DNA of 64,000 bases from Alphaproteobacteria bacterium (lineage in GTDB: Bacteria; Pseudomonadota; Alphaproteobacteria; Rs-D84), in assembly GCA_033345155.1 (NCBI GenBank), contig JAWPOG010000045.1:5795-69794 (forward strand), written 5' to 3'. Both the position numbers and the translations under genes were made by a program. Of this stretch, positions 38,558 to 48,683 are shown piece after piece (position 1 is the first letter of the stretch; each line of letters starts with the position of its first letter). The notes under the pieces are model-generated. The model did not search any database, had not been told where the DNA came from, and worked only from the letters and a program-made list of their open reading frames with translations.

Positions 38558-39646
38558 ATGCTGACTGAATACTTTTTGAATCATGGTTTTTCATTCTTTG
38601 CCAGTGGTTGGACTCAATTTGCGGGCGGTTTTTTTGTTGCATTTATGATTATGTTGTTATTTGGCCGTTCGTTTGTTCGTGCTATGCGAAATTTTCAGAA
38701 AAAGGGCCAACCTATCAGTGAAAACGTTCCCGAAACACATCGGGCCAAGGCCGGCACGCCAACGATGGGCGGAATATTGGTCATAGTTGCGATTTTGGTT
38801 TCAGCATTGTTGTTTATGCCAATGTCAAATCCGACAGGTTGGATTGCGCTGTCCTCGCTTGTTATGTTCGGTGCGTTGGGTTTTGTCGATGATTATAAAA
38901 AGGTCACATCACAATCTAAAAAGGCATCTAATGGTCTGTCTCCATTGACTCGTCTGGTAATCGAAGGTTTATTTGTTGTAATTCTGGCGTATTTGATTAA
39001 CAAAACAATTCCGCCTTATATTCCAGAATATTCAGTGTCAGTTGGTGCAGGTGTTATTTTACAGTTTGGATTTTGGTATTATGTATTCGCATATTTTGTG
39101 ATTTGTGGTGGTGCGAATGCGACAAACATCACAGACGGTCTGGATGGTATGTTAGCCAAGTTGTACATGCCGGTTTTGGTTGTGTTGGTTGTTGCGCTGT
39201 ACGGTGCGACCCGTATAGGCTTTATGGACACAGTTATGTTTTTGCCTATGGCCAGCGGGCTGTATGCAGTGCTGGGGGCGGCGTTTGGCGCGGTTTTGGG
39301 TTTTCTGTGGTATAATTCCAAGCCTGCATCAATCTTTATGGGTGATGTTGGGTCGCTGGCATTGGGTGGATTTATGGGTACGGTTGCCATGTTGTTAAAG
39401 TCTGAAATTATCATGGGAATTGCGGCTGGTATGATGGTTTTGATACTGTTGTCATCGTTTATTCAGACCATGTATTTCAAGGTCATGCGTCGCATTTCTG
39501 GTACCGGGCGCCGTTTATTTTTGCGCGCACCCTTGCATCATCATTTTGAAGAATTGGGTTGGACAGAAACAAAAATTGTTGATCGTTTTTTTATCTTGTC
39601 GATAATGTTTTCTGGCCTGGCGTTGGTGCTGTTAAAATTCGCATAA
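38558..39646 (+). CDS. mraY: Phospho-N-acetylmuramoyl-pentapeptide transferase
   Basis: Ten-TM polyprenyl-phosphate transferase with NATNITDGLDG and the DVGS motifs. Confidence 0.95.
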   Translation: MLTEYFLNHGFSFFASGWTQFAGGFFVAFMIMLLFGRSFVRAMRNFQKKGQPISENVPETHRAKAGTPTMGGILVIVAILVSALLFMPMSNPTGWIALSSLVMFGALGFVDDYKKVTSQSKKASNGLSPLTRLVIEGLFVVILAYLINKTIPPYIPEYSVSVGAGVILQFGFWYYVFAYFVICGGANATNITDGLDGMLAKLYMPVLVVLVVALYGATRIGFMDTVMFLPMASGLYAVLGAAFGAVLGFLWYNSKPASIFMGDVGSLALGGFMGTVAMLLKSEIIMGIAAGMMVLILLSSFIQTMYFKVMRRISGTGRRLFLRAPLHHHFEELGWTETKIVDRFFILSIMFSGLALVLLKFA

Positions 39647-39663
39647 AAATATGATGGGGTGGG

Positions 39664-40821
39664 GTGTCAATGTTTTGGATTACGCATAATGATGACAGCA
39701 AATTAACCAGTTGGTATTTCGAGGTTGATCGTCGTCTGTTGGGCTGTGTTTTATTATTGATTGCCTTGTCAGCGATATTTGTTGTGTCGGCTGGGTCTGT
39801 TGCAGCTGAACGCATTGGCATGCCTTGGTATTTTTATTTACTCAAGGCCATACCGTTTTATTGCATTGGTTTGATATTTTTATTTGTGTCCAGTTTTTTA
39901 GATACAAAATGGGTTTTGCGTATATCGGCGGCAAATTTATTGTTTGGTTTGGCGCTGTTACCATTGACGGTTATTGCGCCAGATATTATAAATAATTCTG
40001 CGCGTTTTGTTGATTTGGGGCCATTTAATGTTATGCCTGCGGATATTATGAAGCCTGGTTTTATAATAATGACGGCGTATTTCTTGGCACGAATGAAGGA
40101 CAGGTATGGTGCAAATATTTTCTTTAACAAAGATGCGTGGCGTTTTGATACATGGCTCAGCTGGGTGTATTATCTGGCCTTGTTTGGTTTGACGGTTTTT
40201 ATTATATTTAATCATCCCGACTTTGGTACGGCTGTCTTGTATTTATTGGTATTTTGTGCCATGGTTTTTATTGCTGGATTGCCATTGATATTAGTGCCGG
40301 TGTTCATAGGCATAGGTCTGTTGATGTTGGCGGCGGCGTTTTTTACACTTGGACATGTTCAGCGTCGAATTATTGCGCACTTTACTGGCCAGGGCGACAC
40401 ATACCAGGTTGATAATTCCATTGATTCCATTCGTCATGGTGGGTTGCTGGGGTCGGGCGACGACGCATTTGTAAAGCAATATCTGCCCGATGTTCACACA
40501 GACTTTATTTTTGCGGCAATCGCCGAAGACTTGGGTGCGATTATGGCGTGCGGTTTATTGGTGTTATTGTTCTTTGTATTCAGGCGCTTGATAACTAATG
40601 CGGCCAATGCGCGTGATTTGTTTGTGTTGTATGCGACTGGTGGTACGGCGGCATTATTTGGCACTCAGATTTGTTTTAATATGTTAACTACATTGAACCT
40701 TTTTGCGCCCAAGGGTATGACTTTGCCGTTCATATCATACGGGGGCAGTTCGCTGTTGGCATATTGCCTGTTGTTTGGTATGATACTGGCAATTTTACGT
40801 GAAGATAAATGGAAACAATAA
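39664..40821 (+). CDS. ftsW: SEDS-family peptidoglycan polymerase FtsW
   Basis: Ten-TM SEDS protein sitting between mraY and murG. Alternative ATG at 39670. Confidence 0.85.
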   Translation: MSMFWITHNDDSKLTSWYFEVDRRLLGCVLLLIALSAIFVVSAGSVAAERIGMPWYFYLLKAIPFYCIGLIFLFVSSFLDTKWVLRISAANLLFGLALLPLTVIAPDIINNSARFVDLGPFNVMPADIMKPGFIIMTAYFLARMKDRYGANIFFNKDAWRFDTWLSWVYYLALFGLTVFIIFNHPDFGTAVLYLLVFCAMVFIAGLPLILVPVFIGIGLLMLAAAFFTLGHVQRRIIAHFTGQGDTYQVDNSIDSIRHGGLLGSGDDAFVKQYLPDVHTDFIFAAIAEDLGAIMACGLLVLLFFVFRRLITNAANARDLFVLYATGGTAALFGTQICFNMLTTLNLFAPKGMTLPFISYGGSSLLAYCLLFGMILAILREDKWKQ

Positions 40822-40836
40822 TTCGGGGGTGTGATT

Positions 40837-41880
40837 ATGAAAATATGGATTGCGACCGGTGGAACGGGCGGACATGTTTATCCAGCGCTAAGTGTTGCTG
40901 ATTGTTTGGTTGCGCGCGGACACAAAGTGACAATTTCTTGTGATGGTCGTGTTCGGGCTATGGTTCGTCGAGGTGCGCCATCGGGTGCGCGTTTTGCACA
41001 TGTTTGGGCTTCGGGTGTTGGTGCAAAAAGCCGTATCAAACAAATCTGGGCATTGTTCAAGATTGGTGTATCTGCAGCCATATTGACGGTGCGTTTTATG
41101 ATATTCAGACCTGATCGTGTTGTGGCGTTTGGGGGATATGCATCTGTGCCTGCGGTGTTTGCGGCACATATATGGCATATACCAACATTTCTGCATGAAC
41201 AAAACGCAGCAATTGGGCGTGCAAATAAATTTGCCATGCGTTGGGTTGAAACATTAATGATCAGTTTTCCAACCGTATCCGGTATACCAAATTCCACAAC
41301 ACGTGTTGTGTACACAGGTTTGCCAGTGCGTCGTGATTTTATAAATTACGCGGGCGCGCCCCTGCCAGGCGAATTGAAATTATTGGTGACGGGCGGTTCT
41401 TTGGGGGCGCAGATTTTGGACGAAGTTGTCCCAGGAGCAATCGTTGCCATGAAAAATAAAAAGATATTTGTCACACATCAAACCCGCCCTGAAAATGTCG
41501 AAAAGTTACAGAAATTTTACGCAGAAAACAAAGTTCGTGCGAATGTATTATCGTTTATTCACGATATGGCGGGCGCAATTGCGGGTGCAGATTTAATCAT
41601 TGGTCGCAGTGGTGCCAGCACAGTTGTTGAAATTCAAACCATTGGTCGTCCTGCAATTTTTGTTCCACTAAACATCAATCCAGACCAGGCTGCTAACGCC
41701 GCATCATTTGCTAAAACGGGCGGGGGTTTTTCTGTTGAACAGTCCAAGTTTACACCTCGCTGGCTGTCGTCAACATTATCAGAATTGTTTGACAACCCGT
41801 CCAGATTGGAAAAAATGGCGACGAAATCTCGGGTTGAAAATAATGCGGTAAATTTAATCTGTGAAGAAGTTACAAAATAA
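40837..41880 (+). CDS. murG: UDP-GlcNAc:lipid I GlcNAc transferase MurG
   Basis: MKIWIATGGTGGHVYPALSVA N-terminal G-loop and C-terminal GT-B domain. Confidence 0.9.
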   Translation: MKIWIATGGTGGHVYPALSVADCLVARGHKVTISCDGRVRAMVRRGAPSGARFAHVWASGVGAKSRIKQIWALFKIGVSAAILTVRFMIFRPDRVVAFGGYASVPAVFAAHIWHIPTFLHEQNAAIGRANKFAMRWVETLMISFPTVSGIPNSTTRVVYTGLPVRRDFINYAGAPLPGELKLLVTGGSLGAQILDEVVPGAIVAMKNKKIFVTHQTRPENVEKLQKFYAENKVRANVLSFIHDMAGAIAGADLIIGRSGASTVVEIQTIGRPAIFVPLNINPDQAANAASFAKTGGGFSVEQSKFTPRWLSSTLSELFDNPSRLEKMATKSRVENNAVNLICEEVTK

Positions 41881-41903
41881 AGAAACCGCCAATCGGCGGT
41901 TTT

Positions 41904-42521
41904 TTATCTGATTTTATTTGAAAAATTAGTGCCGCGGGAATAGTACAGGGCATTTTGCATTTGTTCAAATTCAATTTGATCGCGTGTCTTGATTTGGTTG
42001 CGAATCAAAAAAGCATTCTGTGCATTGATGTATCTTTTTTGGTTTTCCGGACTCATAGATGCGATTTTGTGACCACGTGCAGTATTGAAAAATTCAGGTC
42101 TAAACGTATTTTCCCATGACAGACGAATTCTGTCACCATCCCACAGGCATGCCGACACCCCATCAGGTGCAGTGCGACCAATTGTGTGATTTTCAATAGC
42201 GAACAAGATTTTACGCACAGTTTCCCTGGACATATTTGGATAGTATTTATTCAACAAATTCCATGCCACCAAGGCTGCTTGTGGCCCGTGTTCGATACAC
42301 CATTCATCGTTTGTTCGCGCACAATCGTGCAATCCCGCCGCCAGCAATACAGGCAAAACTTCTTGGTTGATACTGTATGCCAAATCGATTCCAAACATTG
42401 CGACCTGGTTTGTGTGGCTCAGCCCATGATATCCAAATTCAGATTGGTTTGTAACCTCGGTTACTTGTGGTAAGACCTGGTTGAAATATAATTTATAGTA
42501 ATACACTTTATTATGCTTCAT
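41904..42521 (-). CDS. HD-domain phosphohydrolase-like protein
   Basis: H...HD pattern (HGLSH ... GLHDCAR). 205 aa. Confidence 0.55.
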   Translation of the reverse strand: MKHNKVYYYKLYFNQVLPQVTEVTNQSEFGYHGLSHTNQVAMFGIDLAYSINQEVLPVLLAAGLHDCARTNDEWCIEHGPQAALVAWNLLNKYYPNMSRETVRKILFAIENHTIGRTAPDGVSACLWDGDRIRLSWENTFRPEFFNTARGHKIASMSPENQKRYINAQNAFLIRNQIKTRDQIEFEQMQNALYYSRGTNFSNKIR

Positions 42522-42704
42522 GATTTCCTTCTTGTTAAACCGCTCAGGAAATAAAGTTTACATACAAATCATATTAGGTCAAACAAAAAACATAACATTT
42601 TTATATTTTTTTTCACAAAAGACTTGAAATAAAAATATTAAAATATATAATAATTAAGTTTTTTAATAAATGGTTAAACCAACCTTATTATATACGAGGT
42701 AGAA

Positions 42705-43154
42705 ATGGCGCGCAAGGAATTTGTTCGTTTAATGGAAGATAATATTTGGACATTGGATAAAATCGCAGAAAAACTGCGACTTGATCGTGTTGAAGCAACC
42801 GGTTATCCGCGTCAAATAATGTCAATTTTGGTACGTTTGCACAGGGGCGGACGCGCAAAGTTAAAGGATATCGCACGTCGAGAACACGTGTCTGCACCAA
42901 ACTTGTGTGCGGTGTTTCGTCGGCTAGAAGCGGACAATCTGGTCATTCGTACTGTTGACGAAGAAGATCGTCGTAATACCTGGTATTGTGTATCGGATGC
43001 GGGTGCGGAATTGGCAACGGTTGCGATGGGGTTGTTTCGTGACGGGGTCGAACGCGTTTTTGCGAACATCACCCGCGAAGACGAATTGCGTCTGACCGAT
43101 GCTTTGCGTACTATGCACAACATTCTTAAAAAGGTGGAGTTAGGTAATGAATAA
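42705..43154 (+). CDS. MarR-family transcriptional regulator
   Basis: Winged-HTH LKDIARREHVSAPNLCAVFRRLEADNLVIRTVDEEDRR. First gene of the efflux operon, preceded by about 180 bp of AT-rich DNA. Confidence 0.8.
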   Translation: MARKEFVRLMEDNIWTLDKIAEKLRLDRVEATGYPRQIMSILVRLHRGGRAKLKDIARREHVSAPNLCAVFRRLEADNLVIRTVDEEDRRNTWYCVSDAGAELATVAMGLFRDGVERVFANITREDELRLTDALRTMHNILKKVELGNE

Positions 43155-44478
43155 AATTAAATTGATATCAGTGGCTGCGTCTTTATGTGCTGGTTTTTGT
43201 GTTTTGCCGGCATATTCATTGGATTTGTCATTAAGCGAGGCTGTTGAAAAAATTGAACAAGAATCGCATGATTTGAAAAAGGCCCAGACAAATTTATCCA
43301 AGGCCGAAGCATCTCTGGATGCCACCAACGCTAATCGTTGGTTTTCTATTGACGCAACTGCATCATATATGAATATGGTGAATATTGAAAATCCGTCAAA
43401 ATCGATGGGGATTGAATTACCACCTGCAATGGGTGGATTGATATCGGAATCGTTAAAGGACCAGTCTGTTTTTGTTGAAATACCTGATAACATTTTCCAG
43501 GCGGGGCTTACTTTTACCCAGCCGATTTATACTTTCGGCAAAATCGGTAATGCTGTTAAATCGGTAAAATCTGCAATTGAAATGGCAGAAACGTCCAAGG
43601 ATTTAACGCGTCGAGAAGTGCGTTATGCCGCCACAGACCTGTACTGGACAGCGAAAATGACGGATGAAATGGTAAAATTAGCCCAGCAAGATTTAGAAAA
43701 CACCCAAGCGGCAAAAAACAAACTTACATCTGCTGGTCGTGCAAATCGCAGCAATCTGTTAAAAATTGAATCAGACATTATTTCCAAACAGGTTAATCTG
43801 TCCCAGGTAAAATTCAACCGTGACGCAGCGCATCGCATGTTAAAAATTATGGCTGGCATCGACATTAACGAAGATTTGGTTTTGACGGATGAGTTTCCGA
43901 ACGAATTTTCTCCATTAAATGCGCCTGCGCTGACCACGACACCGCAATGGGAAATCTTGGACCAGCAGGCAAATATGTACGAACGTCTGGCTCGTTCTAA
44001 ACGCGCGAACAATTATCCGACATTGGCGGCCACGGCGTCTTATACATATTCATCAATGTCAGACGACATTGGTCACATGTTTGATTCTGGCGGTTCTCAG
44101 TCTGCATATTGGGGTCTGGCATTACAGATGCCTATATTCAACGGTGGTTTAAATCGTGCCAATGCTACAGTCGAGGCGATGAATGCCGAAGCTGCTCGTG
44201 AAGATTTGGCAAAGTCCAAAAAAATGACAACAGAACAGTACAACACCGCAATCAATCAGTATGATATGTTGCGTACTAATCTGGCGTCTTTGGAACAGGC
44301 ACGTGATTTGGCCGCAAAAACATATGATTTATCCCAGAAACGTTTTGCGTCCGGTCAAACATCTGCGGTTGAATTGGCGGATGTATCAGCGGGTTTGTAT
44401 TCGTTGGATATATCTGTCTTGCAAATGAAGTACAATATTTTAATGTCGGCAGAAACGGTAAAAAAATTAGGTGAGTAA
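43147..44478 (+). CDS. TolC-family outer-membrane efflux channel
   Basis: Signal peptide and two OEP repeats with long coiled-coil helices. Overlaps the marR stop. Confidence 0.85.
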   Translation: MNKIKLISVAASLCAGFCVLPAYSLDLSLSEAVEKIEQESHDLKKAQTNLSKAEASLDATNANRWFSIDATASYMNMVNIENPSKSMGIELPPAMGGLISESLKDQSVFVEIPDNIFQAGLTFTQPIYTFGKIGNAVKSVKSAIEMAETSKDLTRREVRYAATDLYWTAKMTDEMVKLAQQDLENTQAAKNKLTSAGRANRSNLLKIESDIISKQVNLSQVKFNRDAAHRMLKIMAGIDINEDLVLTDEFPNEFSPLNAPALTTTPQWEILDQQANMYERLARSKRANNYPTLAATASYTYSSMSDDIGHMFDSGGSQSAYWGLALQMPIFNGGLNRANATVEAMNAEAAREDLAKSKKMTTEQYNTAINQYDMLRTNLASLEQARDLAAKTYDLSQKRFASGQTSAVELADVSAGLYSLDISVLQMKYNILMSAETVKKLGE

Positions 44479-44479
44479 A

Positions 44480-45079
44480 ATGGAAAAAATACAAAGAACA
44501 ATGGCAACCAAGAAATTCAAAAAAATCGCTGTAATTGCGCTGGTTGCGTTAATGGTGGGCTGGGTGATATTCCGCTTTGCGGCTGTGGCATCAGAAAATG
44601 CGCGCAATGTGTTTAATGCGTCGCGTGTTGCGGCTGATGTTGGGATGCCGGTTATGGCCCAAGAAATGACTGCTAAATCTGGCACATTGTACGAGCCTTT
44701 ATCAGTTAAAAACAATCGAGCCTATGTATCTGCATCGCGTGCGGATAAATTGCGTGTTGGTCAAAAAATAGGCAAAGGTAAAATTGTTTCTGTTTCATCA
44801 CAACTGGACTATGACACAGGCATGTATGTTGTCCGCACATCGGGTGTGTCGGATGGTTTGCAGATGGCGGAATATACTGCACGTGGTTATTTTGTGCCGC
44901 TGTACGCGATTTCCGATGGCATGGTGTATGTAATGCAAGACGGCATCGCCGTTGCGCGCAACATTGAAATTGCACGTCAAGATTCTGAAAATGCATACAT
45001 TAAATCTGGTTTGCACGATGGTGATATTGTTATTTTGTCATCTGTTCGCGCAGGCGACAAAGTTCAAATTAAAGAATAA
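44480..45079 (+). CDS. Truncated-looking efflux periplasmic adaptor (membrane-fusion protein), 199 aa
   Basis: N-terminal TM anchor, then beta-barrel and membrane-proximal-like segments (VGQKIGKGKIVSV..., GDIVILSSVRAGDKVQIKE). No long alpha-hairpin region. Confidence 0.65.
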   Translation: MEKIQRTMATKKFKKIAVIALVALMVGWVIFRFAAVASENARNVFNASRVAADVGMPVMAQEMTAKSGTLYEPLSVKNNRAYVSASRADKLRVGQKIGKGKIVSVSSQLDYDTGMYVVRTSGVSDGLQMAEYTARGYFVPLYAISDGMVYVMQDGIAVARNIEIARQDSENAYIKSGLHDGDIVILSSVRAGDKVQIKE

Positions 45080-45099
45080 TCAGGGCAGGAGGTGTTGAA

Positions 45100-48000
45100 A
45101 TGTTAAAATTTTTCGTTCGCAGACCTATTACCACATTAATGTTTGTTTTAGTATGGGTTGTCTTAGGATTGGTATCTTTTCCAAATATGAATATTGAACG
45201 CACACCTGCGCTGGATTTTCCTATGGTGACGGCAACATTCATTTATCCAGGCGCAGCACCATCTGAACTGGAATCCCAGGTTATAAAACGCGCCGAAGAC
45301 GCAATGAGCGAGGTTTCAGAACTTAAAAAGATAACCTCTTATGTCTATGAAAACAGTGCCATGGTAATGGCGGAATTTAATCTGGGCGTAAATGTTAATG
45401 ACAAAGCGAACGAGGTTAAAACAAAACTGGATTCGTTAATTTCCGAATTCCCATCCGACATGGAAAATCCAGTTGTTGAAAAATTAAACCCCTTGCAACA
45501 GTCTGTGGTTGACATTGTTATTCGTGGCGCAGATGCGCGTGCAATCGAAGAATATGTAGATAATGTTTTATCAACCAAGATTACAGGTATCCATGGTGTG
45601 GCCAGTGTGTCCGTATTTGGTGGTCGTGAACGTGCAATCCGTATTGCGATAAATCCAGATTCCATGGCGGCCAAAGGTGTGACTGTAATGGATGTAGTAT
45701 CCGCATTGGGGGCGCACAACTTGAATGTCCCCGGCGGGAAAATAGAAACATCTTCTAACTCGTCAAATGTTCGTTTTATTGGTGAATTTGCGTCGGTTGA
45801 AGATATTTCGAATCTGCGTTTGACAACGGTCGAAGGTGGCAATTTTAAATTGTCTGATATTGCCCAAATCACAGACGCGGCTCGTGATATTGAAAACGGC
45901 GCGCGCTATAATGGCCAGCCGGTTGTGGTCGCATCTGTGGTCAAGGCATCAGATGGTAATGCTGTAAATATTTCAAATGCATTGCGTGAACGCATGCCAG
46001 AATTTCAGGCAGATTTACAATCCCGTTTCCCCGGTGCAGAAATGTTGATTTCGTCGGATTCTTCTGTTGCTGTTTCGGACGAAACCAACAGCACTATTAA
46101 CGGCATTATCTTGGGTGTTTTATTGACGGTATTGGTATTGTTGGCATTTACACGCAACTGGCGTTCAACGGTTATTGCGGGTGTTGTGATACCTGCATCA
46201 TTGTTTGCTGGCTTCTTCTTTATGGATAACAGTAATTTTACAGTTAACGCATTGACCCTGTTGGCATATTCATCTGCATTGGGTACATTGGTGTCGAATG
46301 CGATTATTCTGATTGAATCCGCCTTGCAAGAAATGCGTGCCGGCAAAAAACCAGAAGATGCCGCCATTGATGGTACTAAAAAGGTTGCGGTATCTGTTTT
46401 GGCGGGTGTTGGAACAAATGTTGTGGTGTTCTTGCCATTGGCATTTATGGGTGGTATCGTTGGACAGTTCATGGTCCAGTTTGGTATGACGGTTGTATAT
46501 TTGACATTGTTGTCATTGATGTTCTCGTTCACATTGACACCAATGATGATTGCAAAGTTCTTGCGTCTGACAAACAAAAACAACAAAGCGGCCCAGAAAA
46601 AACAAGTGGCATATCCAAAGCCAACCAGCACAGGTTTAATGCGTCGCATATTTGATTATCAAATTGCTCATCCTTGGCGTGTTATCGGCATTGCATTTGC
46701 TATATTCATTGGCTCAACAATGCTAATGAGATTTGTGGGTAACGAATTCTCGCCGACAACGGACGCAAATGAAATCACAATTACGGCCCGTGCACCAATG
46801 GGTTCAACCTATGAAAAATCTGAATCGATTGCAATTCAAATTGAAGAGCGTCTGAAACAGTTCCCCCAAGTTGCGGCTACAACAGTAAAAATTGGCGACC
46901 AAGGCTTGCAAAATATCAGCATTACAGTTGAATTGGTTGACGCATCTGAACGCAACATATCTGACAAAATGTTGGCCCAGAAAATATTGCCAACAATCGC
47001 AGATATCGCAGATGCGGAAATCCAAATCCGTGCAGGCGAATCTCACTCGGCGGGTGTGTCTTCTGACTTGGTTTTGAATGTTTTTGGTCCAGATGATGCT
47101 AAACGCGAAGCATATGCTGCCCAGATTATGGAAACCATCAACCAAATACCCGAGGTTCAATCAGCTATTCGCGCGCAACAGTTGCCAGCATTGGAAACCC
47201 AATTCATCCCAGACCAGGAAAAAATGAATTTCTGGGGTGTGCAAAATTCCTATGCGGGCGCAACATTGCGTACAGCATTGTACGGTAATGACGATTACAA
47301 ATACAAAGAAAATGGCGAAGAATATCCAATTATTTTGGAATTCGCGCGCCCATTCAAAAATGCCACCTTGTTTGATAATGTTTATGTGAACTCTCAAAAG
47401 GGTATGGTTCCTTTGTCGGAATTGGGTGAAATTAAAACAGAGCGCGCAACCCCCGATATCCGTCGCCAGAATAAAAATCGTCTGACTGAAATCGACATCA
47501 ATATCGGTAAATCCACAATGGGCCCAGTTCAGGCAAAAATTCAATCTGAATTGGACAAAATAGATTGGGAATACGGATATTACATTGAATTTGGTGGTAT
47601 GTCAGAATACCAGGCCGAAGCAGCATCGGAAATTGGTCGTGCGTTTATGTTGGCTACGATACTGACATTTATGTTGCTGGCCGCTATTTTAAATTCTTTG
47701 GCGCATCCATTTACAATTGCGACATCTATCTTTACCAGTTTTGCGGGTGTGTTTGCCCTGATGTTCCTGTCGGGCGCAACATTGAACATTGGCGCAATGT
47801 TGGCATTTGTTATGTTGGTAGGATTGGTGGTTAACAATAATATTCTGGTTTTGGAACCAGCAATCAACCGTATAAATCGTGGTGAAGACATGCATACAGC
47901 TTTGTGGGCGGAATTGATGGAACGCAAGAATATGATTTTGATGACATCTATTGCGGTTATGGCAGGTATGGTGCCTCAGTTATGGTCGATTGACGGTATG

Positions 48001-48129
48001 AAGGTCGCCATGGGTGCCGTTATGATAGGTGGTATGTTCGCCAGTCTTGTGTTCACATTCACATTGACGCCCGCTCTGTTCTTTTTAATAGAACGTGCCC
48101 GTCGGTGGCGTCCACGTTGGCGTAAATAA
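45100..48129 (+). CDS. RND-family efflux permease (AcrB/HAE1-like)
   Basis: 1009 aa, 12 TM and two large periplasmic loops. N-terminus MLKFFVRRPITTLMFVL. Confidence 0.9.
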   Translation: MLKFFVRRPITTLMFVLVWVVLGLVSFPNMNIERTPALDFPMVTATFIYPGAAPSELESQVIKRAEDAMSEVSELKKITSYVYENSAMVMAEFNLGVNVNDKANEVKTKLDSLISEFPSDMENPVVEKLNPLQQSVVDIVIRGADARAIEEYVDNVLSTKITGIHGVASVSVFGGRERAIRIAINPDSMAAKGVTVMDVVSALGAHNLNVPGGKIETSSNSSNVRFIGEFASVEDISNLRLTTVEGGNFKLSDIAQITDAARDIENGARYNGQPVVVASVVKASDGNAVNISNALRERMPEFQADLQSRFPGAEMLISSDSSVAVSDETNSTINGIILGVLLTVLVLLAFTRNWRSTVIAGVVIPASLFAGFFFMDNSNFTVNALTLLAYSSALGTLVSNAIILIESALQEMRAGKKPEDAAIDGTKKVAVSVLAGVGTNVVVFLPLAFMGGIVGQFMVQFGMTVVYLTLLSLMFSFTLTPMMIAKFLRLTNKNNKAAQKKQVAYPKPTSTGLMRRIFDYQIAHPWRVIGIAFAIFIGSTMLMRFVGNEFSPTTDANEITITARAPMGSTYEKSESIAIQIEERLKQFPQVAATTVKIGDQGLQNISITVELVDASERNISDKMLAQKILPTIADIADAEIQIRAGESHSAGVSSDLVLNVFGPDDAKREAYAAQIMETINQIPEVQSAIRAQQLPALETQFIPDQEKMNFWGVQNSYAGATLRTALYGNDDYKYKENGEEYPIILEFARPFKNATLFDNVYVNSQKGMVPLSELGEIKTERATPDIRRQNKNRLTEIDINIGKSTMGPVQAKIQSELDKIDWEYGYYIEFGGMSEYQAEAASEIGRAFMLATILTFMLLAAILNSLAHPFTIATSIFTSFAGVFALMFLSGATLNIGAMLAFVMLVGLVVNNNILVLEPAINRINRGEDMHTALWAELMERKNMILMTSIAVMAGMVPQLWSIDGMKVAMGAVMIGGMFASLVFTFTLTPALFFLIERARRWRPRWRK

Positions 48130-48158
48130 TAAAATCCCCCAATCGGGGGATTTTATTT
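48129..48158 (+). terminator. Intrinsic terminator after the RND gene
   Basis: aataaaatcccccaatcgggggattttatttt. Confidence 0.8.
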
Positions 48159-48292
48159 TATTGTATCTGTACCTATTGTTGTTATTATTCTTTCGGTTTT
48201 TCGGGGGGTGCCCCCCGGCAAATAAAATATTATATCTAAAAACAGATAGCCCAGGGCATAGACCATAGCAAAAACCCCCAAACGGGGGCAAG

Positions 48293-48667
48293 TTATTGCA
48301 AAATCTGCTTTGCCGATTCCAGTAAACCGATTACCAAGTCCAGTTCATTGTTATTATTTTCAGGGGTACAAACAAAGTTTGGTTCCCCATTGTTGCTCAT
48401 CAACACTTCGTCCACATTGCTCGGCAAGTTTCCGTCACGCAGCAATTTTTTCACGCCCGCAATCGTCAATCCGTGTTTATACAGTAAATCGCGAATAACA
48501 ATCAACTTGTCCACTGTTTCAGCGCGATAATATCTGCGCCCCCCTGCGCCGGTCGTAGGACGAATAGCAACTGGAAACTGTTTTTCCCAATATCGCAGGG
48601 TATGCGCCGGCACTTCCAAACGTTTTGATACATCATTAATTGATGAGAAGTATTCATTGTTTTCCAT
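48293..48667 (-). CDS. MerR-family transcriptional regulator
   Basis: HTH INDVSKRLEVPAHTLRYWEKQF. Start taken at MENNEYF. Followed on the minus strand by a cccccgtttggggg-T5 terminator (48272-48292). Confidence 0.75.
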   Translation of the reverse strand: MENNEYFSSINDVSKRLEVPAHTLRYWEKQFPVAIRPTTGAGGRRYYRAETVDKLIVIRDLLYKHGLTIAGVKKLLRDGNLPSNVDEVLMSNNGEPNFVCTPENNNNELDLVIGLLESAKQILQ

Positions 48668-48683
48668 GCCGATGCCCCCCAGA

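Noticed and set aside
46005-46649. 214-aa minus-strand ORF
   Set aside because: Antisense to the RND permease TM region. No independent support.
48202-48217. cggggggtgccccccg hairpin between the efflux operon and merR
   Set aside because: No flanking T- or A-tract on either strand. The merR terminator is better explained by cccccgtttggggg-T5 at 48272-48292. Probably just spacer structure.
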